Positions 7,481 through 14,943 of a DNA stretch of 22,545 nucleotides are shown in pieces. The notes below the pieces were generated by a model. The model worked only from the letters and a program-made list of their open reading frames with translations, did not search any database and had not been told where the DNA came from. The stretch covers positions 1-22,545 of the IMG/VR virus record IMGVR_UViG_2778261065_000029; one strand, given 5' to 3'. Each line of letters begins with the position of its first letter. Within the stretch, counting starts at the first letter, position 1. Origin of the DNA: a virus (taxonomy: Duplodnaviria > Heunggongvirae > Uroviricota > Caudoviricetes). A program made the position numbers and the translations under genes.

Positions 7481-8272
7481 ATGAGCAGACATGCAACAGA
7501 TTGGGCCTGGGAGACAGATCCAGGCAGCTCATCATTAAAGCTCATACTGCTCTCGATGGCTGACAGAGCCGATGAATATAACCTCTGCTACCCCAGCATA
7601 GAACGCCTCGTTAAAGACACTTGCCTGAATAAAAAAACCGTGCAGGCCGGGCTTATATCGCTCATGAAAATGGGGCTTATTTCAGATACCGGAGAGAGAA
7701 AGGGAGCGACGAAAAGAGTGCGGGTTTTCTCTCTTAATATAACCAAAAACGGGAACATTAAAGGCAACCGGGAAGGGAGTAATGAACCCGAAAACGGAAA
7801 TGTTACCGAAAACGGGAATATACCCAAAAACGGGATGTTGAATGATCCCAAAAACGGGATCCAGAACCAGTCATATAACCAGTCATTTAACCAAGAGAGG
7901 GGGAGCAGGACAAAAACCGGGGATTCTGTGCCTCATGACCCCGGCGCAAACAACGCCGTGATGAATAACTTTGTTCCTCCTGGTGGGCCAGGGCAATTAG
8001 GCAAATTTGTCATGCATGAACAATGGCAACCATCAGATGACTTTCTTCGGAAAAGCTCATTGCAGGGAATCTACCTGGACAGTCTGCCAACGGCACAGGA
8101 ACTTGCAGAGTTCAGAATTTACTGGATGGCTGAGGGTAAGGCATACCATCAGGCACAGTGGGAGCAGAAGCTGGCAAGGCGGCTGCAGATTAGCAGACAG
8201 AAGCAATCAACATTACCTGATAACAACGTTCCGCACTGGAACAGCCCTGAAGCGTGGGAGGATTTCTTGTGA
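7481..8272 (+). CDS. Replication initiator: N-terminal winged-HTH domain fused to a C-terminal DnaT-like domain
   Basis: GGAG ribosome-binding site 7 nt upstream. C-terminal KFVMHEQWQPSDDFL...EFRIYWMAEGKAYHQAQWEQKLARRLQ closely parallels the E. coli DnaT C-terminus as recalled (KFAMYPDWQPDADFI...[27 protein letters not shown]). Central linker is N/G/K-rich repeats. Confidence 0.75.
   Translation: MSRHATDWAWETDPGSSSLKLILLSMADRADEYNLCYPSIERLVKDTCLNKKTVQAGLISLMKMGLISDTGERKGATKRVRVFSLNITKNGNIKGNREGSNEPENGNVTENGNIPKNGMLNDPKNGIQNQSYNQSFNQERGSRTKTGDSVPHDPGANNAVMNNFVPPGGPGQLGKFVMHEQWQPSDDFLRKSSLQGIYLDSLPTAQELAEFRIYWMAEGKAYHQAQWEQKLARRLQISRQKQSTLPDNNVPHWNSPEAWEDFL
7743..7859. repeat. Five iteron-like direct repeats CC(G/C)AAAACGG(G)A inside the initiator gene (candidate origin)
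   Basis: Copies start at about 7743, 7788, 7806, 7823 and 7847, spaced 17-45 bp; they encode the KNGN peptide repeats. Confidence 0.5.
7865..7895. repeat. Tandem 12-bp repeats AACCAGTCAT(A/T)T (two good copies plus a degenerate third)
   Basis: AACCAGTCATAT AACCAGTCATTT AACCAAG... immediately following the iteron block. Confidence 0.45.
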
Positions 8273-9054
8273 ACAACGTTTTTACCGCGATACAAAACCG
8301 TGACGGAGAAGCCCTTTCTCGCATGTCAGGTTATGAGCATCAATACGTCAACAATGACAATGTGGTGAACATGTCAGCAGAGAGGCTTGTTGATGCCCTT
8401 TTCAAACAGCTGAAACAACTGTTTCCGGCGGCAGTAGTAACCAACCTGAAGACGCCAGAGCAGGAAGTTGCTGCAAAACAGCAGTGGATTGCTGCGTTTG
8501 CCGAAGGTGGGATCCGAACCCGTGAACAGGTTTCTGCTGGTATGCGCCACGCTCGCGCCAGTGAGTCTCCGTTCTGGCCGTCGCCAGGGCAATTCATCAA
8601 GTGGTGTAAAGACAGCAAGATGGTTCTTGGCGTCACCATTGACGATGTGATGGCGGAGTTTCACCGGTACAGCAAGGAAAAAAGTTTATATCCTGGTGGT
8701 CCCGAAAGATTCCCGTGGCGACATCCGGTTATGTACTGGGTCGTATGTGATACCCGCCGTGCAATGTATCAGCGCCAGCTTAGCGAGATTGAGGTTGAGA
8801 AACACGCGCGCAGGCTGCTCGATGATTGGGCGAAAAAGGTGGCTTCCGGACAGCAGATACCCGATCCGGTGATCAGCATACAGGCAAAGCCAGAGCCCAT
8901 GAGTACGCCTCCGGACACAGGGAGAGACGTTTACCATCCACCAGGGCGAAGTTTCGGGTGTATGCCTAACGCCGCCACCCTGGGGGGAATAACACCGGCG
9001 CAGTGGCTAATGGAGGAATACAGGCGGGGAAAGGCGGCAGGATTTATCAAGTAA
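8269..9054 (+). CDS. Lambda P-like replicative helicase loader
   Basis: Segment QQWIAAFAEGGIRTREQVSAGMRHARASESPFWPSPGQFIKWCKD parallels lambda P (RRQWVLAFRENGITTMEQVNAGMRVARRQNRPFLPSPGQFVAWCRE, from memory). GTG start overlaps the initiator stop (GTGA), with GGGAGGA upstream. Confidence 0.75.
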   Translation: MNNVFTAIQNRDGEALSRMSGYEHQYVNNDNVVNMSAERLVDALFKQLKQLFPAAVVTNLKTPEQEVAAKQQWIAAFAEGGIRTREQVSAGMRHARASESPFWPSPGQFIKWCKDSKMVLGVTIDDVMAEFHRYSKEKSLYPGGPERFPWRHPVMYWVVCDTRRAMYQRQLSEIEVEKHARRLLDDWAKKVASGQQIPDPVISIQAKPEPMSTPPDTGRDVYHPPGRSFGCMPNAATLGGITPAQWLMEEYRRGKAAGFIK

Positions 9055-9059
9055 TACCA

Positions 9060-9080
9060 GCGCGATAGCGCATTTTTTTA
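9060..9080 (+). terminator. Weak terminator-like hairpin after the P-like gene
   Basis: GCGC-GATA-GCGC followed by ATTTTTTT; stem of only 4 bp. Confidence 0.3.
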
Positions 9081-9091
9081 CGTCTCAATAA

Positions 9092-9106
9092 TTACCTATA
9101 AGGTAA
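9092..9106. promoter_or_regulatory. Operator-like palindrome TTACC-TATAA-GGTAA
   Basis: Perfect copy upstream of the DUF1064 operon. Confidence 0.5.
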
Positions 9107-9153
9107 CAAAATATTCTAAACTCTATTGATTTAGTGTCTTATGTGGTTTTTAA

Positions 9154-9168
9154 TTACCTCAGAGGTAA
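9154..9168. promoter_or_regulatory. Operator-like palindrome TTACC-TCAGA-GGTAA overlapping the ribosome-binding site of the next gene
   Basis: Perfect copy ending 3 nt before ATG 9172; its GAGGT half doubles as the Shine-Dalgarno sequence. Confidence 0.5.
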
Positions 9169-9171
9169 ATC

Positions 9172-9519
9172 ATGAGAAAACAGATACAGGCTCTTGGTCG
9201 ACTCAAAACAGGCCAGATGAACAAAACAGAATCTGCGTATTGCCAGCACCTTGAGCAGCGTAAACGTGCAGGGGAAATCGCCTGGTATCGATTCGAGGGT
9301 ATCAAGCTGCGGTTAGCTGACAACACGTTCTATACGCCCGATTTCGCTGTGATGCTCGCCACCGGCGAGATGGAGCTGCACGAAGTGAAAGGGGGATTCT
9401 GGACCGATGACGCCAGAGTGAAAACCAAAGTCGCCGCAGATCAGTATCCGTTCCGAATCATCGGGGTAACGGTTAAGCCAAAGAAAGCAGGTGGTGGCTG
9501 GAACATCGAAGAGTTCTGA
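9172..9519 (+). CDS. DUF1064-like phage protein
   Basis: 115-aa ORF with the pattern YTPDF...HEVKG and a basic N-terminus, matching my recollection of DUF1064 family proteins. Confidence 0.55.
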   Translation: MRKQIQALGRLKTGQMNKTESAYCQHLEQRKRAGEIAWYRFEGIKLRLADNTFYTPDFAVMLATGEMELHEVKGGFWTDDARVKTKVAADQYPFRIIGVTVKPKKAGGGWNIEEF

Positions 9520-9580
9520 ATCGACGATCTTTTTAGTTATCAATGTAATCAATAAGTTATGTGGATAAGCGAGGGTAAAG

Positions 9581-10420
9581 ATGGAAAGTAATATCAAAGG
9601 GTTAGTTTCCGCCGGGCATGAGATGGCTTCGGAACTGAAAGCAGAATGTGGTGCCGTTGATATGCGCAGTGTGGCAAAGCTGATCAGCGATTTGGCAACG
9701 CAACTGGAAGTGCAACTGGTGCGTGCTAATGCGCAGGACGAAGACAACCAGAGAGCCATTGAGTCAATTAAACAGGCTGATTCGGCTGTTAAGTTGGCAC
9801 ACGAGAAGTTTTCGGCGCTGGCGGCGAAACGTGCAATTCCAGCAATGGAACGCCTGTTAATGTTGCCAGCTGATGATGATTTGTTAAGTGAACAGGAACT
9901 TAAAGATTACGGTGTGGATATTGATGCGCTCAACGCCTTCAAATTTCTGGCCGGACCAGAAACCGTGCTGGCACTACTGGATGAACGGGAAAGAAACCAG
10001 CAATACATCAAACGCCGTGACCAGGAGAACGAGGATATTGCGCTAACGGTAGGGAAGCTGAGAGTTGAGCTTGAGGAAGCAAAATCAAAACTCAACGAGC
10101 AGCGTGAGTATTACGAAGGTGTTATCTCGGATGGAAGTAAGCGCATAGCAGAACTGGAAGCGCGGGAAATAAAACCAGCCAAAGGTGAAGTTCTGGTCGT
10201 TGTATCTGGTTTTACTGGTTGCGGAAAAAGCGCCATTGCCGGGGAAATAGAAATCGCGATGAAGGCTATTGGTGTACCGGTTAAGTGGACTAATGGCGAT
10301 GCAGAAAAGCGCATGACTGGCGCTGACTGGCTGACTGCGATTGAGATGTACAAACCAACTGTGCGCATCGTGGAAGTTAATGTGCCCCGCGCCGCTGGCA
10401 TTCGCATCAAAGGAAAGTGA
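9581..10420 (+). CDS. Hypothetical coiled-coil protein with a C-terminal P-loop-like motif (GFTGCGKS)
   Basis: 279-aa ORF with GAGGG ribosome-binding site. Central E/K-rich coiled-coil segment and C-terminal VVVSGFTGCGKSAIAGE resembling a Walker A motif. Confidence 0.55.
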   Translation: MESNIKGLVSAGHEMASELKAECGAVDMRSVAKLISDLATQLEVQLVRANAQDEDNQRAIESIKQADSAVKLAHEKFSALAAKRAIPAMERLLMLPADDDLLSEQELKDYGVDIDALNAFKFLAGPETVLALLDERERNQQYIKRRDQENEDIALTVGKLRVELEEAKSKLNEQREYYEGVISDGSKRIAELEAREIKPAKGEVLVVVSGFTGCGKSAIAGEIEIAMKAIGVPVKWTNGDAEKRMTGADWLTAIEMYKPTVRIVEVNVPRAAGIRIKGK

Positions 10421-10421
10421 T

Positions 10422-10643
10422 ATGGCTAACTCATTACTTGAAACCTGCAACAACTGGCAGATTCAGAGGGCGGAGATTTTATCTCGCAATCCAGATATGG
10501 CAATGACAATCGATAATCTGGATACGCTAATTGAACGTACCGTGCGTTCTGCAATTGATATAGCACGTCGAGTTGACTGGGATTTCAGAGAAGCGGAGCG
10601 GCTTGCTAAAGAGCAGGAGAAAGCAGCGGGTAAAGGAGACTGA
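10422..10643 (+). CDS. Hypothetical protein (73 aa)
   Basis: ATG at 10422 with AGGAAA upstream, 1 nt after the previous stop. Track ORF 10341..10643 trimmed to this start. Confidence 0.45.
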   Translation: MANSLLETCNNWQIQRAEILSRNPDMAMTIDNLDTLIERTVRSAIDIARRVDWDFREAERLAKEQEKAAGKGD

Positions 10644-10644
10644 T

Positions 10645-10842
10645 ATGGATAAAAACACCACTGCTTACTGGAATCTGTCACTTGATACCGAATGCCCAAA
10701 ATGCGGTCACAATTTCGATCTGCTTTGTGATGCTGATTTCTGGGAGTTTTCTGGAGCTAAACAGGCATGTGAAGAAATAAAAGGTTACGAAACATGCTGT
10801 CCAGAATGTAACCATGAATTTAAAACAGATTTCGTGTATTGA
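10645..10842 (+). CDS. Small zinc-ribbon protein (two CxxC pairs)
   Basis: 65-aa ORF with AAAGGAGA ribosome-binding site; CPKCGH...CCPECNH motif. Confidence 0.45.
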   Translation: MDKNTTAYWNLSLDTECPKCGHNFDLLCDADFWEFSGAKQACEEIKGYETCCPECNHEFKTDFVY

Positions 10843-10852
10843 GGCATAACAA

Positions 10853-11638
10853 ATGACCACTATTACCAGAGAACAGGCACAGAAAATTATTGAAGCAGCC
10901 GATGAGGTTATTAGTGCGCTGGCCGGAACTAACGAGGATGTTCACCCTGGTAGCGATAACATGCTACGCCTGTGGGATGACCTGAATGACCGTTACGCGC
11001 CGCCGGAAGTTGTGCGTGAGCTGGCGCGTATCGTGCTGGCATCGCTGGAAGCAGAACCAGTTGCTTATATTTTCAAACATCCGGCCGGGAAATTATTCTG
11101 GGCTTTAACGGATGAAAGCAATAAAGAGCAAGCGGACGTTATTCCTGTTTATGCTGCCGCGCCTGCGTCGGTTGTGCCGGATGATGCATCAGGGTCGCTT
11201 GCTTATGCTTACAAAGAGCTTACGCCTGAGATTATGCGCGGTCATATCGCTGTATTCGAGCGATATGGAATAGCCCCAAACGATAGCATTACCACAATTC
11301 AGGCACTGCGAATCGCGCTGGATGGCATAGAGCGGAGCGACGCCATGCTTCATGGTGCCGAACCCGTAAGCCAAACTTACAAGTTGAACGAGCTATTTGG
11401 CAACTATCCGGCAACTCCGGATAGTTGGATAAGCTGTAGTGAGCGAATGCCGGAAAAGAACAAGAACGTGCTTATTTCGGTGAATTTCGACAGCTCTCTG
11501 GTTGAACCGCTAATATGCTCCGCACGCTATACCGGAAGCACATTCCGGCGAGGAGAAGCAACGATTAAGCCGGGTAATGGTATTGAGCAGGCAACTCACT
11601 GGATGCCGCTACCGGAACCGCCGCAGGAGGTGAAGTAA
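10853..11638 (+). CDS. DUF551-domain phage protein
   Basis: 261-aa ORF whose C-terminal region (SERMPEKNKNVLIS...THWMPLPEPP) matches the DUF551 pattern as recalled. Confidence 0.6.
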   Translation: MTTITREQAQKIIEAADEVISALAGTNEDVHPGSDNMLRLWDDLNDRYAPPEVVRELARIVLASLEAEPVAYIFKHPAGKLFWALTDESNKEQADVIPVYAAAPASVVPDDASGSLAYAYKELTPEIMRGHIAVFERYGIAPNDSITTIQALRIALDGIERSDAMLHGAEPVSQTYKLNELFGNYPATPDSWISCSERMPEKNKNVLISVNFDSSLVEPLICSARYTGSTFRRGEATIKPGNGIEQATHWMPLPEPPQEVK

Positions 11639-11760
11639 TGAACAAGTGCAACGCTCTGCTTTATGCCATGGTGATTGGTTTCGGCCTGGCTGCTGGTATC
11701 CGGGTTTATATTGCCTGGGAGTCATTAATCAATCTGGCGTGGAGTGCGATTCGTGGCTAA
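11638..11760 (+). CDS. Small hydrophobic (single-TM-like) protein, 40 aa; not in the supplied track
   Basis: ATG overlaps the upstream TAA (TAATG) with a strong AGGAGG ribosome-binding site. Sequence MNKCNALLYAMVIGFGLAAGIRVYIAWESLINLAWSAIRG. Confidence 0.35.
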   Translation: MNKCNALLYAMVIGFGLAAGIRVYIAWESLINLAWSAIRG

Positions 11761-12091
11761 ATCCCCCGCAGAACGCAAAGCCGCGCAGCGCGCTCGGCAG
11801 TCCGCCGCCGGTGAGCGCAAAATTGAACTGGTGCTGGATAAGCAGGAGCAGGAAATGCTGGAGCGTAACTGTGCCGCCCGTCGCCCTGGTCGTGCGCCGT
11901 ATGAAATGAGCGAATACATCGCGTTACTGATCCGCCAGGATGATGCACGCGTGCGCGGGCGTATAAAATCGATCAGCAGAAAACGTTGCGGTAAGTGCGG
12001 CGAGAGAGTTCCAGTTAATTCATGCCCGTGTAATGGTGACTCGCAATGCTGGGTGACTAAAGGCTGGCATGAAACGAAATTAATAGTGTGA
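11753..12091 (+). CDS. Basic small protein with a C-terminal Cys cluster; candidate late-gene regulator
   Basis: GTG start at 11753 with GGAG 8 nt upstream. Arg/Lys-rich N-terminus (AERKAAQRARQ) and C-terminal CGKCGERVPVNSCPCNGDSQC. It is the last gene before the terminator and terminase module. Confidence 0.45.
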   Translation: MAKSPAERKAAQRARQSAAGERKIELVLDKQEQEMLERNCAARRPGRAPYEMSEYIALLIRQDDARVRGRIKSISRKRCGKCGERVPVNSCPCNGDSQCWVTKGWHETKLIV

Positions 12092-12099
12092 CATGTCAC
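12088..12099. repeat. Perfect 12-bp palindrome GTGACATGTCAC (copy 1), overlapping the stop codon of the preceding gene
   Basis: Exact palindrome; identical copy at 14353-14364 (shared 14-mer TGTGACATGTCACG). Confidence 0.6.
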
Positions 12100-12140
12100 G
12101 AGTAGATTATGCATGATGAATTTGATGGATTTTGAATACT

Positions 12141-12166
12141 GCCGCCAACTATGGCGGCTTTATTTT
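12141..12166 (+). terminator. Intrinsic terminator upstream of the terminase genes
   Basis: Hairpin GCCGCCA-ACTA-TGGCGGC followed by TTTATTTT. Confidence 0.55.
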
Positions 12167-12170
12167 GCAT

Positions 12171-12202
12171 GGTACTATTACCACAACGGTAACTATTACC
12201 AC
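12171..12202. repeat. Direct repeat GGTA(A)CTATTACCAC x2 immediately upstream of the terminase small-subunit start
   Basis: GGTACTATTACCAC (12171-12184) and GGTAACTATTACCAC (12188-12202). The second contains GGTAA-N3-TTACC, the operator half-sites in inverted order. Confidence 0.45.
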
Positions 12203-12209
12203 GGTGGTT

Positions 12210-12806
12210 ATGATGCCTGCTGAACCTAAAACCTATAAACGCAAATCAACGCAATTTAAGCCGCTCACAGCAATGCAGGAGGCTTATTGCCAGTCATACA
12301 TCAAAACGCCTGAAAACCAGACTCAGGCAGCGATTAACGCAGGATTCTCCCCAAACACAGCGGCAGTTAAAGCCAGTGTCATGATGCGCGATGAACGCAT
12401 TCAGAAACGGATTGCCGAGTTGATGGAGGAGCGCAACAAACGAATGCGCGTCAGTGCTGATTACGTTCTCATGCGCCTGGTGGAGATCGACCAGATGGAC
12501 GTGATCGACATCCTCAACGACGATGGGAGCCTTAAACCAATCCGTGAGTGGCCGAAAATCTGGCGCACTACGCTTAGTGGCTTTGATCTGTCGTCGACCA
12601 TCATGAACATGAACGAGGATTCGATAGAGACAATCCTCAAAAAAATTAAATGGCCTGACAAGGTGAAGAACCTTGAGCTGATTGGTAAGCATGTTGATGT
12701 CAACGCGTTCAAAGAACGTCTGGATGTTAATGTGAATGTGACAATTGCTGATCGCATAGCAGCAGCCAGGAAGCGACTCAAAGAACGTCAGGATGGTAAT
12801 CAGTGA
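12210..12806 (+). CDS. Terminase small subunit (Terminase_2-like)
   Basis: Pattern LTAMQEAYCQSYIKTPENQTQAAINAGFSPNTAAVKASVMMRDERIQKRI is typical of small terminase DNA-binding domains. Start placed at ATG 12210 (GGTGG upstream), not the track's 12132 extension. Confidence 0.7.
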   Translation: MMPAEPKTYKRKSTQFKPLTAMQEAYCQSYIKTPENQTQAAINAGFSPNTAAVKASVMMRDERIQKRIAELMEERNKRMRVSADYVLMRLVEIDQMDVIDILNDDGSLKPIREWPKIWRTTLSGFDLSSTIMNMNEDSIETILKKIKWPDKVKNLELIGKHVDVNAFKERLDVNVNVTIADRIAAARKRLKERQDGNQ

Positions 12807-14278
12807 CAGATACAGCGTTATCTCCTGAAGAGCAGTTGATCGAGGATATTGCAGGGTTCACTCACGATCCGCTTGGCTATGCCCTCTATGCGTTCCCGTG
12901 GGGGGAAGAAGGGACTGAACTGGCACATGCTACCGGCCCACGTCAGTGGCAGGCTGATGCGTTCCGAGAGATACGTGATCACCTGCAGAATCCAGCGACG
13001 CGCTATCAGCCGCTTATGCTGGCACGCGCTTCTGGTCACGGTATTGGTAAATCCGCATTCATCTCAATGCTGATCAACTGGGGCATGTCCACTTGCGAGG
13101 ATTGTAAGGTCGTGGTGACCGCCAACACCGACAACCAGCTACGAACGAAGACCTGGCCGGAAATTATCAAGTGGTCGAACCTTGCTATCACGAAAGACTG
13201 GTTTACCTGTACCGCTACCGCGATGTACAGCAATGATCCTGGGCACGACAAGCGGTGGCGAGCTGACGCAATCCCCTGGTCTGAGCACAACACTGAGGCA
13301 TTCGCCGGACTACACAACGAGCGCAAACGCATCATCGTGGTATTCGATGAAGCGTCGAACATTGCGGATCTGGTGTGGGAAGTTGCTGAGGGTGCGCTTA
13401 CGGACGAAGACACTGAGATTATCTGGGTGGCGTTCGGAAACCCTACACGTAACACCGGGCGTTTCCGCGAATGTTTCCGCAAATATAAACACCGCTGGAA
13501 AACTGCGCAGATTGACAGCCGGACGGTGGAAGGCACTAACAAACAGCAGTTGCAGAAATGGGTTGATGACTACGGGGAAGACAGCGACTTCGTTAAAATC
13601 CGTGTGCGCGGCATATTCCCGGATGCATCTGAATTGCAGTTTATCCCTACCGGACTTACTGACGAGGCAATGAAACGGGTGGTAACCGCTGCGCAGGTTG
13701 CACATGCTCCGGTGATAATCGGCGTTGACCCGGCATACTCCGGCGTTGATGACGCTGTGATATACCTGCGGCAGGGGCTGCATAGTAAGGTGCTGTGGAC
13801 CGGCAACAAGACCACTGATGATCTGATTATGGCGAAGCGTATCGCTGACTTTGAAGACCAGTATCAGGCTGACGCGGTGTTCATCGACTTCGGTTACGGT
13901 ACCGGGCTGAAGTCAATCGGTGACGGTTGGGGGCGCACATGGCAACTTGTTCCGTTCGGTGGCGCGTCTACTGACCCGCAGATGCTCAACAAGCGTGGGG
14001 AGATGTTCAACTCATGCAAGACATGGCTGAGGCTGGGCGGCATGCTGGATGACCAGGAAACAGCGGACGACCTGTCGGCGGCAGAGTACAAAGTTCGAGT
14101 GGACGGTAAAATCGTTATCGAACCGAAGGAAGATATCAAGGAGCGGCTTGGGCGTTCGCCGGGTAAAGGCGATGCGCTACTGCTGACGTTTGCGTTCCCT
14201 GTGTCTAAGCGTCTGCGAATTCCCGGGCAGCAGAACCAGCAAGGCAAGGCCATTACAGATTACGATCCCTATGCTTAA
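12803..14278 (+). CDS. Terminase large subunit (ATPase plus nuclease)
   Basis: 491-aa ORF with Walker A-like ARASGHGIGKS, a Walker B-like IIVVFDEAS, and C-terminal acidic nuclease-type motifs (VIIGVDPAYSGVDD, DAVFIDFGYG). GTG start overlaps the small-subunit stop (GTGA). Confidence 0.85.
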   Translation: MTDTALSPEEQLIEDIAGFTHDPLGYALYAFPWGEEGTELAHATGPRQWQADAFREIRDHLQNPATRYQPLMLARASGHGIGKSAFISMLINWGMSTCEDCKVVVTANTDNQLRTKTWPEIIKWSNLAITKDWFTCTATAMYSNDPGHDKRWRADAIPWSEHNTEAFAGLHNERKRIIVVFDEASNIADLVWEVAEGALTDEDTEIIWVAFGNPTRNTGRFRECFRKYKHRWKTAQIDSRTVEGTNKQQLQKWVDDYGEDSDFVKIRVRGIFPDASELQFIPTGLTDEAMKRVVTAAQVAHAPVIIGVDPAYSGVDDAVIYLRQGLHSKVLWTGNKTTDDLIMAKRIADFEDQYQADAVFIDFGYGTGLKSIGDGWGRTWQLVPFGGASTDPQMLNKRGEMFNSCKTWLRLGGMLDDQETADDLSAAEYKVRVDGKIVIEPKEDIKERLGRSPGKGDALLLTFAFPVSKRLRIPGQQNQQGKAITDYDPYA

Positions 14279-14328
14279 TCCGTTAGCGGGGATAATGACG
14301 GAGATATCCTCTGGTGAGGATAAAACAA

Positions 14329-14348
14329 AGCCAGCTCATCGGCTGGCT
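14329..14348. terminator. Bidirectional terminator between the convergent terminase large subunit and the minus-strand ORF
   Basis: Hairpin AGCCAGC-TCATCG-GCTGGCT with T-rich sequence on both flanks (GTTTGT on plus, CTTTGTTTTAT on minus). Confidence 0.5.
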
Positions 14349-14352
14349 GTTT

Positions 14353-14364
14353 GTGACATGTCAC
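14353..14364. repeat. Perfect 12-bp palindrome GTGACATGTCAC (copy 2)
   Basis: Identical to the copy at 12088-12099; lies between the stop of the minus-strand ORF and the terminator hairpin. Confidence 0.6.
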
Positions 14365-14368
14365 GGTG

Positions 14369-14740
14369 TTATTGCTCGCTTAACTTCTGCTTCAGCAAGT
14401 AACCTTCAAGCATCCAGATTTTGTTTACAGCATTCTGCCGGGCAATCTTCCGACCAATTTCCGCATCAAAGTTTTCCGGGCTTGCACAGGCGCTCTCTCC
14501 GGTGACGGTGAAGCCATTGCGCAGCACCAGAACGCAGAACGTCAGCAGAGAAAGTGATTCGTGCGGCTGGTAGTTTACCTCTCCGCCAGTATGTTTCGCT
14601 TTTATGGCTACGCCAAAGATACCATCTTCTGCTGTGAAATATGCCTCCTGAGCAATAATACTCTCGATATGGTCTGGCGTAACGCGCGGCGCGGCTAAAC
14701 CTTTAGCCTGAATTTCAGATTCAATGTCTTTGTCACTCAT
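14369..14740 (-). CDS. Hypothetical protein (123 aa) in a reverse-oriented cargo locus
   Basis: ORF opposite to the flanking terminase and head genes, with AAGGTGAG ribosome-binding site. Weak, unverified recollection of a Gp49/Gp66-like phage family. Confidence 0.55.
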   Translation of the reverse strand: MSDKDIESEIQAKGLAAPRVTPDHIESIIAQEAYFTAEDGIFGVAIKAKHTGGEVNYQPHESLSLLTFCVLVLRNGFTVTGESACASPENFDAEIGRKIARQNAVNKIWMLEGYLLKQKLSEQ

Positions 14741-14756
14741 AGTCTAATCTCACCTT

Positions 14757-14780
14757 AAAAAAATGCCCGGCGAACCGGGC
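14757..14780 (-). terminator. Terminator/attenuator-like hairpin plus U7-8 tract directly upstream of the ribosome-binding site of the 123-aa ORF
   Basis: Minus strand reads GCCCGG-TTCG-CCGGGC then A, a U7 run and AAGGTGAG...ATG. About 16 nt separate the U-tract from the start codon. Confidence 0.4.
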
Positions 14781-14864
14781 GAACTGGAAGCAATGAGTTA
14801 TGCCTTCCGTGGCTGTACTGGTTTACAGCATGAAGCCATCGCAATGGCGTCCTGCTGTAAAAAG

Positions 14865-14900
14865 GGCGGTGATAGTCCTTCAAGGGAAACCATCACCGCC
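14865..14900 (-). terminator. Possible hairpin/terminator downstream of the tRNA
   Basis: 9-bp inverted repeat GGCGGTGAT...ATCACCGCC with a ~18-nt loop, followed on the minus strand by CTTTTTAC. Confidence 0.25.
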
Positions 14901-14943
14901 AAGCCCCTGGAACTTCTGGCATCACGGTCCTTAGGCGTGATTC

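Noticed and set aside
12132-12209. N-terminal extension of the terminase small subunit proposed by the track (encodes TITTTVTITTVV)
   Set aside because: The extension is produced by reading through the direct-repeat element and the terminator. ATG 12210, with GGTGG upstream, is the more plausible start.
13036-13542. 168-aa minus-strand ORF, plus other ORFs overlapping the terminase large subunit
   Set aside because: Antisense or out of frame to a terminase gene that has clear ATPase and nuclease motifs.
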